This document shows positions 39,921 to 51,222 of a stretch of 64,000 nucleotides of DNA, one piece after another. The notes beneath the pieces are model-generated. The model was not told where the DNA came from. It did no database searches and saw only the letters and a program-made list of their open reading frames with translations. The stretch covers positions 93,366-157,365 of the forward strand of contig CAJTYW010000001.1 of NCBI GenBank assembly GCA_910583995.1. The letters run 5' to 3'. The translations under genes and the position numbers were made by a program. This DNA comes from an uncultured Christensenella sp. (lineage in GTDB: Bacteria; Bacillota; Clostridia; Christensenellales; UBA3700). The stretch's first letter is position 1, and every line of letters starts with the position of its first letter.

Positions 39921-41236
39921 TATTTTTCCTCCGTAATTGTGCCAAATAGTGATGCAGATTGTGATGCAGTAATCAAAACATTTTTAAATGTACCGATTAA
40001 TGATTTGTCACCGCAAAAAGTAACCAATCTTCCGCAATCTGTTCTGCCACAAAGATTACCATTTTCTTTAGTGTCTTCTACTAATACTCTATAAACATTG
40101 CCTTCATAAGTTCTGCTAAGTTTCTTTGTTATTTCGTTTTGTGCTTTAATTAACTTTTGTATTCTTTTTGATTTTATCTCGTATGGAATTTGTTCCATCG
40201 TGCTTGCAGGAGTACCTTTTCTTGGTGAATAAATATAAGTAAATGCACCGCTAAATTGTACTTGACTTACAATGTCCAATGTGTCTTCAAAGTCTTCTTC
40301 CGTCTCGCCAGGAAAACCAACCATAATATCGGTTGTTATACCACATAACGTCATTTTTTCTCTAATTTTTTTTACGATTTCAAGATAATTCTCTCTTGTA
40401 TAATGCCTATTCATTGCCTTTAATATTTTGTTACTACCTGATTGTATAGGCAAATGAATGTTCTTACACAAAGTATCATAATTTGCTATTATATCAATAA
40501 CTTTTTCATTCAAATCTTTTGGGTGTGAAGTCATAAATCTAACCCTGTAATCCCCGGGGATTTGTGCAATTTTTTCAAGCAAAGTCGCAAAATCAATCTC
40601 ATTATTTTCAAAATCATTGCCGTAAGAGTTTACATTTTGTCCTAAAAGAGTAATTTCTTTATATCCCGATTCAATAAGCGTTTTACACTCATTTATTATA
40701 GCTTCAGGTTTTCGGCTTCTCTCTCTTCCCCTTACATAAGGCACAATGCAATAAGTGCAAAAATTATTGCAACCATACATAATATTAACCCACGCGTTTG
40801 GCATTGATGTTCTTGTATACTCGATATTCTCTAAAACTTCAGGTTTTTCGTCGTCAGGCGTTAAAATTGTTTTTTTATGTCTATTTTGCAGTGTTAAAAT
40901 TGCATTTTTTAATTCTTCTAGATTATTTGCACCCAAAATAATATCTATAAACGGATATTTTTTTAAAAGTTCTTCAGACTTTCCTTTTTGTCCTGACATA
41001 CAGCCAACAACTGCAACAATAAGCTTTGGATTTGCTCTTTTTATTTTCTTTAGTTTTCCGATATGTCCTAATATCTTTTGTTCGGCAGTATCTCTAATAC
41101 AACAAGTATTAAAGACAACAATATCAAAATTATCATCTTTACTTTCTGTATATCCAAGTTCTTCAAGAGTTTTTGCAAGTCTTTCTGACTCGTGTACATT
41201 CATTTGACAGCCGTAAGTATTTATTTTGTAGTACAT
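39920..41236 (-). CDS. miaB: tRNA-i6A37 methylthiotransferase (radical SAM)
   Basis: UPF0004 N-terminus (TYGCQMN), CNNFCTYCIVP radical-SAM cluster, TRAM C-terminus. ATG 41236 has a GGAGA RBS. The stop overlaps the mutS ATG (TAATG). Confidence 0.92.
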   Translation of the reverse strand: MYYKINTYGCQMNVHESERLAKTLEELGYTESKDDNFDIVVFNTCCIRDTAEQKILGHIGKLKKIKRANPKLIVAVVGCMSGQKGKSEELLKKYPFIDIILGANNLEELKNAILTLQNRHKKTILTPDDEKPEVLENIEYTRTSMPNAWVNIMYGCNNFCTYCIVPYVRGRERSRKPEAIINECKTLIESGYKEITLLGQNVNSYGNDFENNEIDFATLLEKIAQIPGDYRVRFMTSHPKDLNEKVIDIIANYDTLCKNIHLPIQSGSNKILKAMNRHYTRENYLEIVKKIREKMTLCGITTDIMVGFPGETEEDFEDTLDIVSQVQFSGAFTYIYSPRKGTPASTMEQIPYEIKSKRIQKLIKAQNEITKKLSRTYEGNVYRVLVEDTKENGNLCGRTDCGRLVTFCGDKSLIGTFKNVLITASQSASLFGTITEEK

Positions 41237-41438
41237 CAATTTCTCCAATGTAATAAGTTTTTTCAATAAATAAATTATTTTATACAAAATCAAATTTACC
41301 TATTGAGTATTGATTTTTTAATTTTGTGATAAAAAATATACATTATAATAATACTATAAAATAATATAATTTTCAAGTGATTTTTAATATTTATAATAAA
41401 TAATTAAAATAAACACAAAATATTAAAGAGGTAAAAAA

Positions 41439-43574
41439 ATGAAAAAAGTATTAAAAATAAGTGCAATTACATTAAGTATAATAATTGGATTGATATTGAT
41501 ACTTGCTATAATCGGAATATCTTATTTTTTCATATCGACAAATGATGTAAAACTTGACCTTTCAAAATTGGACGGAAATTATAGTAATGTCAAGATTTTT
41601 GATGGTGATAATAGACAAATTATGTTAAAAAACAGCAATTATACTTCGATTAGCGAAGTTTCTCCTTATATAATCGATACATTTGTAAGTGTGGAAGACA
41701 AAAGATTTTTTAAACACAAAGGTATTGATATAACAAGAATGTGTTCTGCTGCAGTAAAAAATATAGGTAGTAAAAGTTTAAAAGAAGGTGCATCTACTAT
41801 TACTCAACAATTGATTAAAAATACTCACCTTACAAATGACAAAACTTTTAAGCGAAAACTATCTGAAATTAGACTTGCTATAAAGCTGGAAAAACAATTG
41901 TCAAAAGAACAAATAATGGAAAAATACCTAAATAATTTATATTTTGGTAGCGGTATATATGGCGTACACGATGCTTGCCTTGCCTTTTTTGATAAACTAC
42001 CTGCAGATGTAAATTTAAGCGAAGCAGCTATGCTTGTAGGTGTGGTTAAAAACCCTGCCAAAAACTCTCCTATAACTAATTTTGACGGAGCGATAGATAG
42101 ACAAAAGGTTGTTTTTTCCGTTTTAAAAAATAATAAAACTTATGACACAAAAACTATTGAAAATGCAAAAAATAATGAAATTGTTCTAAAAAACGGCTTA
42201 ATTTATAATAAAACATACAAATCTTTTATAAATAACGCGCTTTTTGAGAGTACTATGCTATTAAATATGAGCGAAAAAGAGATTGCAAGCAACGGTTATA
42301 AAATAGTAACTTATTTAAATCAAGAGTTGCAAGAAAGTATGTATAATGAAATGGAAAGTTGTAATAATGATTATAATTTTGTAAGAGCAAGTATTGATAA
42401 TAATGCTATGGGAGTTACAAGTTATATATCAAATTTAGCACAACTTGACCAAGATATTTCAAGGCAAGCGGGTTCGATTATTAAACCTTTTAGCGTTTTT
42501 CTTCCTGCATACGAAAACAATATGATTAATAGCTTAACTCAAATTTTAGATGAGAAAGTTGATTTTAACGGATACTCACCTTCTAATTATAATAAGGTTT
42601 ATCACGGATATGTAAGTGTAAAAGATGCAGTTGCACACTCATATAACATACCTGCAGTAAAATTGTTAAATGAATTAGGCATTGATTCAAGTGTTGAGTT
42701 TTTATCAAGATACGGAATTAATGTAAACAATAAATCAAAAAATTTAACTCTTGCACTTGGTGCAAACTCTATCTCACCACTTAAAATTGCGTCTTGCTAC
42801 TCTTCTATTGCAAATAATGGTTATTTTGAAGATTGTAAATTTGTTAAACAAATTATAGATAGTAATGGAAAAATAGTGTATTCTCGTAAAAATGCTAGTT
42901 TTCAAGTGGTAAGTCAAGATATTAATTATTTAATGCTTGATAATTTGTTTGAAGTTGCAAAAAATGGCACAGGTAAAAAACTTAAAAATCTGCCTTATCA
43001 AATTGCTTGTAAAACAGGAACAGTAGCATCAAGCAACGGAGACAATACTGATGCTTGGTGTTGTGCGATTACGTCAAAAGATACTTTTATCGCTTGGGAC
43101 GGGGCAAAACAAGGAGATTTTTTGGATAAAAACCACGGCGGTAGTAGCTTTCCTGCAATGAGTGTAAAAGATTATGCTGATTTTGTATATCGCAGTGAAA
43201 AACCAAAAGATTTTGACCTGCCACAAGACATTTTCAAATTAAATGTTGATTATGATAAACTGCAAAATGAGCATATTGTAATTGCTGTCCCGGATAATTT
43301 TGAAGGTAGTACTATAACAGGAATTTTTACTAAACAAAATTTGCCTAAAATGGCAGCTTATGCGGTAGACTTTAATATAAATAGCGGCTTTTTTGAAGAT
43401 GTGATTGAGTTTAATGGAGATATTGGTGCAAAATATAACATTTATATAGATAATAATGGTGAAAAGGTGTTGATCAACAACATTGTATGCAATGGTGATA
43501 TAGTAAGATTGATAATTAAAAAAGATAATGTATTTAAGCATTACAATTATTTTGTTGAATATTGTCCTGATTAA
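41439..43574 (+). CDS. Class A penicillin-binding protein (GT51 transglycosylase plus transpeptidase)
   Basis: EDKRFFKHKGID, GASTITQQL, RKLSE (GT51). SIIKP (SxxK), KTGT (transpeptidase). N-terminal anchor. Confidence 0.9.
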   Translation: MKKVLKISAITLSIIIGLILILAIIGISYFFISTNDVKLDLSKLDGNYSNVKIFDGDNRQIMLKNSNYTSISEVSPYIIDTFVSVEDKRFFKHKGIDITRMCSAAVKNIGSKSLKEGASTITQQLIKNTHLTNDKTFKRKLSEIRLAIKLEKQLSKEQIMEKYLNNLYFGSGIYGVHDACLAFFDKLPADVNLSEAAMLVGVVKNPAKNSPITNFDGAIDRQKVVFSVLKNNKTYDTKTIENAKNNEIVLKNGLIYNKTYKSFINNALFESTMLLNMSEKEIASNGYKIVTYLNQELQESMYNEMESCNNDYNFVRASIDNNAMGVTSYISNLAQLDQDISRQAGSIIKPFSVFLPAYENNMINSLTQILDEKVDFNGYSPSNYNKVYHGYVSVKDAVAHSYNIPAVKLLNELGIDSSVEFLSRYGINVNNKSKNLTLALGANSISPLKIASCYSSIANNGYFEDCKFVKQIIDSNGKIVYSRKNASFQVVSQDINYLMLDNLFEVAKNGTGKKLKNLPYQIACKTGTVASSNGDNTDAWCCAITSKDTFIAWDGAKQGDFLDKNHGGSSFPAMSVKDYADFVYRSEKPKDFDLPQDIFKLNVDYDKLQNEHIVIAVPDNFEGSTITGIFTKQNLPKMAAYAVDFNINSGFFEDVIEFNGDIGAKYNIYIDNNGEKVLINNIVCNGDIVRLIIKKDNVFKHYNYFVEYCPD

Positions 43575-43582
43575 GTATAAAT

Positions 43583-43612
43583 AAAAAATCGTCAACTAAT
43601 TGACGATTTTTT
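43583..43612. terminator. Bidirectional terminator between the PBP and the giant glucan synthase gene
   Basis: 13-bp stem aaaaaatcgtcaa/ttgacgatttttt with loop ctaa. Confidence 0.75.
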
Positions 43613-43629
43613 ATTTTAAAACAATTATT

Positions 43630-46600
43630 TTATTGTTTATAATTAACCCCAATATCGTAATCTAATACATTACCATCTATTTTTACAATAAATATATCGT
43701 TATCGGTGTTTGCAGCTACATTATTTACTATAAAGCTATTTTTATTGCTTTTTGCTATTTTTATAGTTGCCTTATAATTTTCAAAATTTAACTGCACAGA
43801 ATAATTATCAATAGTTTTATTAGGTTTTATTAATATTTGATTGTCTTCAAAGTTTATGCCTAATATATCATTTAAAATTACTTTATAAATCCAAGAACTA
43901 CTGCCTGTATACCAACTCCAACCACCTTCGCCTGTTGTATAAACATCTGCACTTATAACAAAAGGTTCATTGTTGTATTTCATACTATCCTTTGTAATAT
44001 TAATTGGGTTGATAAGGTTTAATATTTCCATAGCTTTGCCCATATTGTGTTTTGCAAGTGCTTTTATAAACCAAGCGACAGAATGAGTGTATTGTCCGCC
44101 GTTTTCTCTTACACCTTCAGGATAATTAGAAATATAACCATAGTACTTTTTGTCATTAAATGGTGGGGCTAATAGTTTAACCAATTTATTTTCTCTGTCT
44201 ACCAGCGTTTCGGCAAATACTAAGGAATGTTTGACTTTATCATCGTCACAAGCACCTGAAATTGCAGAAAATGCTTGACTTATCAAATCGATTTTGCATA
44301 CATTGCAATCTTCTGAGCCTAACCACTCTCCATCTTTTGTAATCGCACGATTATACCAGTTTCCATTGTAAGCGTTTGAAATTCCGTCTTTTAGTTTTTC
44401 CAATGCTTTTTCAAATGCTTTTTTATCTTTTGCATTGCAGTATTTGATAAAACGCGTTATAACATAGTAACAGAACATTGAAAGCCATACACTTTCGCCT
44501 TCCTTATCATTGCCGATATTATTTAATGCATCGTTCCAATCGCCGTCACCAATTAGTAACAATCCGTTTTTACCAAATTTTAAAGCATTATTAATTGCTC
44601 TAACGCAGTGAGAATACAAACTTTCGCTAATATCTGACTTTTCAAAAGCTTTGTACAAATCACTTTGGTTTTCAGGAATACTCTCGCTTTTTAAATAAGA
44701 TAGTACTGCTTTTAAAATATCATTATCGTTTGTAAAATCAATATATTCACAAACAACATAAGGTAAAAACAATTTATCATCACTTATTTTTGTCCTAACG
44801 CCTTCAGCATAGTTATGCCACCAATGTAGTACATCACCTTCTATAAATTGTCTTTCTGCAGATAGCGTAATGTGATATTTAACATATTCCGGATTTGTAT
44901 ACAAATATGCAAGGCAATCTTGTAATTGGTCTCTAAACCCTATTGCACCACCCACTTGATAATATCCGCATTTACCGCAAAGTCTCGCAGAATAAGTTTG
45001 GTACATAAGCCAATTATTAAATAAAGTGTCTAATTCCTTATTATCAGTTGAAATTGTAATTTTATTTAAGTTTTCAAAGCTTTCTAATGTTTCTTTTATT
45101 TTATTCTCTACAATATCTTCAGTATAGTCATTAATAATTTCGTCATCACAAGACATAACGATAAATAATTTTTTACACTCGTGTGGCGGTAAATCAATAT
45201 TTACTTGGTTGTGAAGATTGCAGTTTTCGTCAAAGAATGAGTAAATGTCGCTTTTCAACATTTTTATAAACACTCTTTGGTTTGTTTTTACATTATTAAC
45301 TGCAGTGATATTGTTTTCTGTAGACATTATCAAGTTTCGTTTTTCTCTGTCTACGCCTAAGGCTAATTTAAGTCTAAAGTCGATTTTTGCATTTTGTGGA
45401 TAGTCTTTAATGTTAGTAATATTTAAAGAGTAAAGTTTGCTTTTTCCGTCATCAATTATCGTAGACATTGTATTGCATTGCAAACCATTGTACAAAAGCA
45501 CAAAATCAATAAAACCTTGACCGTATTTTACATATCCACCTTCGGCAAATTTATTTAAAATTAAATTCTTGTTTTCTGCAGTCAAAATTACACTTTCACT
45601 ATTAATGTTTCCATAAGCTTCACCACGCCACTCTGTGACTTTGCAGTTTCTGGAATTTCCAAAATAAGTGAAGTTTTCTCCATTATTAGATGCCACAAAT
45701 CCGCCATATTTACCGCATATTACATTGCTGTATGGCTTTTTTGTTTTGCAGGTTAAAATATAATTTTTGCCCGAAAAACCACCGCAGTTATTTTGTATAT
45801 TAAAAGGTGGAATATCAATATTTTCACTTTTTACACAAGGTATATTTTCGCTTTTTTCATAATTAGTATTTATTATGATTTCGCTATTTAATGTGATAAA
45901 AGCTATTTTTTTGATATTATCTGCAACATTTTTGTCTTTATTAAATATTACTTTAATATCATAAAACTCTTCTCTTATGAGTTTATGAACGCCTTCTAAC
46001 ACGCCGCTACAAAATATAGTAAAATCACCACATAATGGCTTTAATATTCTTAACGATTTTAGCAATAATTTAAATGAATTACTATCTAGAGTGTTAAGGT
46101 AAATTATATCGTCATTAATCGATATTCCGTATCTAGCAAGTTCTTCTGCAATTTCTTTGTTCTCTTTTGCTTTTAGACTAAGAGTGTTATATTTGCCATA
46201 CTTTAATTTGTAAGCTAGTTTTGTCAAAAAATCATAGTTGCTATTTGAATCAAATATTTTTCGTATTGCAGAAAGTGTCGGTAATTTTGCAGAATAAATC
46301 AAATTATAAACAGCTTTTTTGCAATTAATTTGCGATAATTTGCTTGTAAGTTCGCTATAGCTTTCTGCATATAAAATAACTTGATAATATTCAAAGTTAT
46401 CCATTTTACTGCAATCAATATTGCTATTGTAAGTGAATATAGGATATACGATATCGCCAAAAGAATTATCAAATTCCTTGTCATTAAAATTGATTTTTCC
46501 TGTTATTATATCGTAACAATTGCTTTTATTGCTCTCAAAAACAATTTTGCCAGCACCGATTATTCTGATAGCTACATATTTTTTTATGTTTGATTTTCTT

Positions 46601-49600
46601 CTGTAAATCACAGTGCAATCGTCATATTTTTGGCTTGATATAAACAAATCTTTAAACGCAGGGTGTGCGATATAGTCCGCTTCACTTTGAATATTTATTT
46701 CACCTACACCACGTATATTAATATTGTTTAAGTTTTTGCAGTTTATATTAAACTTTCTAACTTCGCCATTTATGCAGTTAGGAATATAAATTTCTGCACA
46801 TATACCTTGCTTTGTGTTGGCATATTGCACTTTTTCGGTATCTGCAACAAAAGCGTAATCGGACGAATTTTTTAAGCTAGGATAATAGCAGATTTCTTCA
46901 TTTGTGTCATTATTGTAAATAGTATTTTTAAAACCAAAGCTTTCAAAAGTGTTGTGATACTTGCAAATATTGCTATTATAAATACTGCTTAAATTATCAC
47001 CAAAACTATTAAAGAAAGCTGTGTATTTACCATTTGTAAGCACTCCAATTGTATTTTTATCTTCTGTTTTAAAATTAGTTCCGTCAAACTTGCTATATAT
47101 AAAGTCTTCTTTCGGTTTTTTAAAACTTCTCTCTTGAATTTTTCTCTCACTTAGCAAGATTTTTGCAGACTTAATTTTTTGTTCACTCTCAAAAAATTCG
47201 GAAATATTATTGCCACAAATCGCATTGGTAATGCTAGCAAGTATCATACCTTGATGGTGGCTCATATATTGGTAGATAATATGCTTTCTTGAAGTAATAT
47301 CAATCGCTTCGTAAAATCCATATTCGCCATAACCACATTCTTTTTTGATAGCTTGAAGATTTTTAACTGCTTCTTTAGCGTTTATTCGCAAAGCTAAAGC
47401 GCTGGCATAAGGCGTGATAACACATCTGTTATGGCTATTTCGTATTGCAAGCTCTTTTAGTCCGAACGAATAGTATTGATATCTTAAATTTTCGTCAAAT
47501 TTATAGTAACCACTCTCAGATATACCCCATATATTTTGACATTTATTTTTTATTGCAAGTTTTACAATATTACTTTCCGTTTGATATAATAAAGAATTTC
47601 TAGGTGCTCTAATAAAAATATTTGGTAGCAAATATTCAAACATTGTACCCGACCAAGAAACAAGCGTATTACCGCCAAAACCAACACAATCACGTGATAA
47701 ATTGTTCCAAGGCGTAGCATTTTGGTAAAAGGCTGCGTATAAATAATACAAAATTCTTGCTTCACTAGCCATTAAATCGTAGTAATTATCAAACGATTGT
47801 GTTTTTACATTATAACCTATGTGGAACAAGTTTTTATCTTTGTCAAGAAGAAAATCCAAATCAATTTCGTCAATTAACTTTGAAACAATATCTATACCAT
47901 ACAATGAGTGTTTTTTAATAAATTGTTTTACAACTATAAGGCAAGCCAGCATATTGCCATTATCTACTGAAGATATATAAAATGGATATGCAGGGGTATT
48001 GTCTTCTATATTGTACCAGTTATAAAAATTGCCATTGTATTTTTCTATATTCTCAAGCAAATTTAATTTGCAAATCAATTTTCTTTCTGCTTCTGCTTGA
48101 CTTATAATACCAAGTTCGCAAGCGCAAATCTCACTTAGGATAGAAAAACCTAAATTTGTTGGTGAAGTATAATGTGACTTCCCGCCAAAAGGACGAATTT
48201 GTATATTGTCTGTAACTAAGTTATTGCTGTCTTGAATATCAAAATATTTATAAGTGCGTCTTGCAACATCAAGCAAAAAGTCCTTTTCAGATGAAGTGAT
48301 TTCCTGTTTTTCATTTTGTTTTATTGATGTGATATACAAGCTTATCGCAAAAGCAATAAATATTGCACTATATCCTACAACATAAATGTTACTTATAAAT
48401 ACAATGCTAATTATCAGCATAACTATACTTTGCGTAACAACAAATCTGCAATAATTATCTATTCCGCCTTTGGATTGAGTTTGGCTAAATGTCGTCCAGT
48501 TTAATCTGTTGCTAGATGTTGAAATCCTGCAAATAATCGTATCTATTGCGACAAGCAAATTGTTAATTGCCATAATAGGCAGTGTGAAGAATGATATAAT
48601 CATATCACCTATTATGGAAAGTATATTTTTTACAACAAAAATTGGTTTTATATTGTGTCTAGTTCCGTCAATTGTTCGTAGCAAACTTAAAAAGTAATTA
48701 GTACCAAACCCAATAATAAATGGTATTGCGTAAATAAAATTACCAGTTATCATACAATTTAGCAAGTGTATCAATAAAGATAGTTTGCTAAAACCGCTCA
48801 TAATATTTAAAATAATTATATGCTTATAAATCGGTGATTTATTTAAATTCTTTTTTTCCTTATCATCGTTTTTTATTGTGTTTTTTACAAATCCACCAAG
48901 CAGTAAATCCCCTTTAAACCAACGATTATGCCTTGAAATTTCAGATGGTATGCTGTTAGGTGCATTTTCAAAAGCGACTTCAGGTAGTTCACCTGTTTTT
49001 AAAACGCTACCTTCAATAATGTCGTGGCTTAAAATTCTGTTTTGTGGGAAAACATTGTTTAGTTTAGCATAATATGGCTCAAGTCTGAATATTCCTTTAC
49101 CACAGTAAATACCTTTACCAAAAAAGTTGTAATAAAAGGAATTAGTTGGCATATAGCGTGAATATCCACAATCAAAGTAGTATCTTTTGCCATATATTGT
49201 ATTCATAGAATATAAGTCATACTTTGTTTTAAAAGTCATTAAGTCATATTGTTTATTAAGTGGGTGCAACATACGGCATACACTATCAAATATTGTGTTT
49301 GGCAACAAGCAATTATCGTCGTCAAGTGTCGCGATAAAAGTAGGTTTTTCTATTTCGTCACGCATTATAAAAGCAAATTTTTCTTTGTCGCCTGTTAAAA
49401 GCAACTCGCAAAAATCAAGTATTGCACCTCTTTTTCTCTCAAAAGCTGTGTAATATTTGCCTTGTTTTACTCTTTTTCTAACAAAAACATTAACATCACT
49501 TAGACCAATTAATCTACTGCTTAAACGCTTATTTAAATCTTCGTCAATGCTCTCTCTTTCATATTTAGATTTTTTATAGTCAACAAGCAAAGCAAAAGAT

Positions 49601-51000
49601 ATGTTTTTTCCTTTGTTTGACATTTGCAATTCTTTAATTTTTGCAACTGCACTATCTGCTGCCCCCATATTTGCTATAAATGTAGGTAAAATTACCATTG
49701 TTTTTGCTGAGTCTGGCAGTTCTTTTAAATCTAGCTTAGGCGTAGGCTTTTTCTTTAATGCAATTGATAAAATGCTAATCAAAATATTATTAATTAGTGG
49801 TAGTAAGAAAAATGGCGATAAAATTAATGTGATAATCATAACCGCAATATTTGTATATGTTAAAAATCCAAATAATGCAGTTATTGCCAAAGTTAGTCCC
49901 CAAACCGCACATATAAAATACAATTCTTTTATTGTAGTGCCTTTTTTGTAGGTTAAAATGACATTGTTGTTTATATAATGCTTTAAAGTTTCCTTTTCTT
50001 CAAACAAGTATTTGCCAAAATGCTCACCTGTTGATTCTTGTAGTTCAAACAACTTTTTGACAACTGTTTGTTCTTCAATTTTATGTTTGTTACTTACTTC
50101 TTCAATGGTGTTTAAATAATCATTTTTGCTGATTATATCCATTGATTTATACATTTCGTCTTGTTCAAGCAAATAATTTGTGTGATTTATTGAAAGCAAA
50201 TATACTCCGTCTAAATCTTTTTTAATAAAATTTAACGAAGCAATAATATTTGCTGTTATTTCGTAATCATTTGCTAATTTTTCTGTAAAAATATATTGAA
50301 TATTATCAAGATTTCCGCTGTAGTCTTCTATATATTTTTTATCATTTTCCAACTTGCCAAATTTGCTTCTAAAATACAAATAATCGTCCGTATTTGCAAG
50401 TTCTTTAGCAAAATCGAATTTTTTTGCCACATTTTCGTAATATTTAAGATTTTCTGATTTTTTTGTCATTTCGGCAACTTTGCTAACCAAAGCATACAAT
50501 AATGCTTGTGGCAAAGCAGAAATTTCGTCAGTTGATAATGGCGTATATTCATTAAATTTTTCAATAATTGCTTTAATATTTTGTTTATTTATATCACATT
50601 GAGTGTTGTTGATTATATATTCAGCAAGCAAAATAATCCTTACTTTGCCATAATTATGCGGAAGTATAGCAAAGTATTTAAAGTTTTGATTATTAAAACG
50701 AGACATTATATTATGATAATTTTCGTATATTAATTTTTCATATAAATATATTTCATCATCATTTTTTATTTTTTTTGCAATTAAATTGTACATCACCTTT
50801 ATTTTTTTAGCTTTAGACATAATTTGTGGCGCTGCACCATAAGATTTTGGATTGCGTAATTTTTCTGCCAGTTTTGCTGTATTTAATTTTAAATCTTCGT
50901 CGCTCATTTTGGAAATAAGTTTGTGATTTAATCGCATTTTTAATGCAAAGTATCCGAATATAATCACAAGTATACTAAGTCCAACAATAATGTAAATCAT
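43630..51000 (-). CDS. Cyclic beta-1,2-glucan synthase-like giant protein (GT84 glycosyltransferase, glucoamylase-like middle domain, GH94-type phosphorylase domain)
   Basis: One uninterrupted ORF. GT84-like motifs ATLDDDN, LSHDIIEGS, RHNRWFKGD flanked by TM helices. SVDNGNMLA (alpha/alpha-barrel family motif). Long C-terminal GH94-like region. ATG 51000 preceded by GGAGGT. Confidence 0.75.
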   Translation of the reverse strand: MIYIIVGLSILVIIFGYFALKMRLNHKLISKMSDEDLKLNTAKLAEKLRNPKSYGAAPQIMSKAKKIKVMYNLIAKKIKNDDEIYLYEKLIYENYHNIMSRFNNQNFKYFAILPHNYGKVRIILLAEYIINNTQCDINKQNIKAIIEKFNEYTPLSTDEISALPQALLYALVSKVAEMTKKSENLKYYENVAKKFDFAKELANTDDYLYFRSKFGKLENDKKYIEDYSGNLDNIQYIFTEKLANDYEITANIIASLNFIKKDLDGVYLLSINHTNYLLEQDEMYKSMDIISKNDYLNTIEEVSNKHKIEEQTVVKKLFELQESTGEHFGKYLFEEKETLKHYINNNVILTYKKGTTIKELYFICAVWGLTLAITALFGFLTYTNIAVMIITLILSPFFLLPLINNILISILSIALKKKPTPKLDLKELPDSAKTMVILPTFIANMGAADSAVAKIKELQMSNKGKNISFALLVDYKKSKYERESIDEDLNKRLSSRLIGLSDVNVFVRKRVKQGKYYTAFERKRGAILDFCELLLTGDKEKFAFIMRDEIEKPTFIATLDDDNCLLPNTIFDSVCRMLHPLNKQYDLMTFKTKYDLYSMNTIYGKRYYFDCGYSRYMPTNSFYYNFFGKGIYCGKGIFRLEPYYAKLNNVFPQNRILSHDIIEGSVLKTGELPEVAFENAPNSIPSEISRHNRWFKGDLLLGGFVKNTIKNDDKEKKNLNKSPIYKHIIILNIMSGFSKLSLLIHLLNCMITGNFIYAIPFIIGFGTNYFLSLLRTIDGTRHNIKPIFVVKNILSIIGDMIISFFTLPIMAINNLLVAIDTIICRISTSSNRLNWTTFSQTQSKGGIDNYCRFVVTQSIVMLIISIVFISNIYVVGYSAIFIAFAISLYITSIKQNEKQEITSSEKDFLLDVARRTYKYFDIQDSNNLVTDNIQIRPFGGKSHYTSPTNLGFSILSEICACELGIISQAEAERKLICKLNLLENIEKYNGNFYNWYNIEDNTPAYPFYISSVDNGNMLACLIVVKQFIKKHSLYGIDIVSKLIDEIDLDFLLDKDKNLFHIGYNVKTQSFDNYYDLMASEARILYYLYAAFYQNATPWNNLSRDCVGFGGNTLVSWSGTMFEYLLPNIFIRAPRNSLLYQTESNIVKLAIKNKCQNIWGISESGYYKFDENLRYQYYSFGLKELAIRNSHNRCVITPYASALALRINAKEAVKNLQAIKKECGYGEYGFYEAIDITSRKHIIYQYMSHHQGMILASITNAICGNNISEFFESEQKIKSAKILLSERKIQERSFKKPKEDFIYSKFDGTNFKTEDKNTIGVLTNGKYTAFFNSFGDNLSSIYNSNICKYHNTFESFGFKNTIYNNDTNEEICYYPSLKNSSDYAFVADTEKVQYANTKQGICAEIYIPNCINGEVRKFNINCKNLNNINIRGVGEINIQSEADYIAHPAFKDLFISSQKYDDCTVIYRRKSNIKKYVAIRIIGAGKIVFESNKSNCYDIITGKINFNDKEFDNSFGDIVYPIFTYNSNIDCSKMDNFEYYQVILYAESYSELTSKLSQINCKKAVYNLIYSAKLPTLSAIRKIFDSNSNYDFLTKLAYKLKYGKYNTLSLKAKENKEIAEELARYGISINDDIIYLNTLDSNSFKLLLKSLRILKPLCGDFTIFCSGVLEGVHKLIREEFYDIKVIFNKDKNVADNIKKIAFITLNSEIIINTNYEKSENIPCVKSENIDIPPFNIQNNCGGFSGKNYILTCKTKKPYSNVICGKYGGFVASNNGENFTYFGNSRNCKVTEWRGEAYGNINSESVILTAENKNLILNKFAEGGYVKYGQGFIDFVLLYNGLQCNTMSTIIDDGKSKLYSLNITNIKDYPQNAKIDFRLKLALGVDREKRNLIMSTENNITAVNNVKTNQRVFIKMLKSDIYSFFDENCNLHNQVNIDLPPHECKKLFIVMSCDDEIINDYTEDIVENKIKETLESFENLNKITISTDNKELDTLFNNWLMYQTYSARLCGKCGYYQVGGAIGFRDQLQDCLAYLYTNPEYVKYHITLSAERQFIEGDVLHWWHNYAEGVRTKISDDKLFLPYVVCEYIDFTNDNDILKAVLSYLKSESIPENQSDLYKAFEKSDISESLYSHCVRAINNALKFGKNGLLLIGDGDWNDALNNIGNDKEGESVWLSMFCYYVITRFIKYCNAKDKKAFEKALEKLKDGISNAYNGNWYNRAITKDGEWLGSEDCNVCKIDLISQAFSAISGACDDDKVKHSLVFAETLVDRENKLVKLLAPPFNDKKYYGYISNYPEGVRENGGQYTHSVAWFIKALAKHNMGKAMEILNLINPINITKDSMKYNNEPFVISADVYTTGEGGWSWYTGSSSWIYKVILNDILGINFEDNQILIKPNKTIDNYSVQLNFENYKATIKIAKSNKNSFIVNNVAANTDNDIFIVKIDGNVLDYDIGVNYKQ

Positions 51001-51222
51001 AATTACCTCCGCTATAGCCAATTATTTACAAATTAAATTAATGTATACTTATATTTATAAAAGTTTAAAACTTAAACAAATTTTTTAAATTAATTTGATT
51101 CAATCCCTTTAAAATTCAAGTATCATAAATTATTAACTTATAGAAACGGCAAAAATTATGATTTTTTAATTATAAATAGTTATTTTGTTGTAAAATTATA
51201 AAAAATATGTTAAACTATATAT

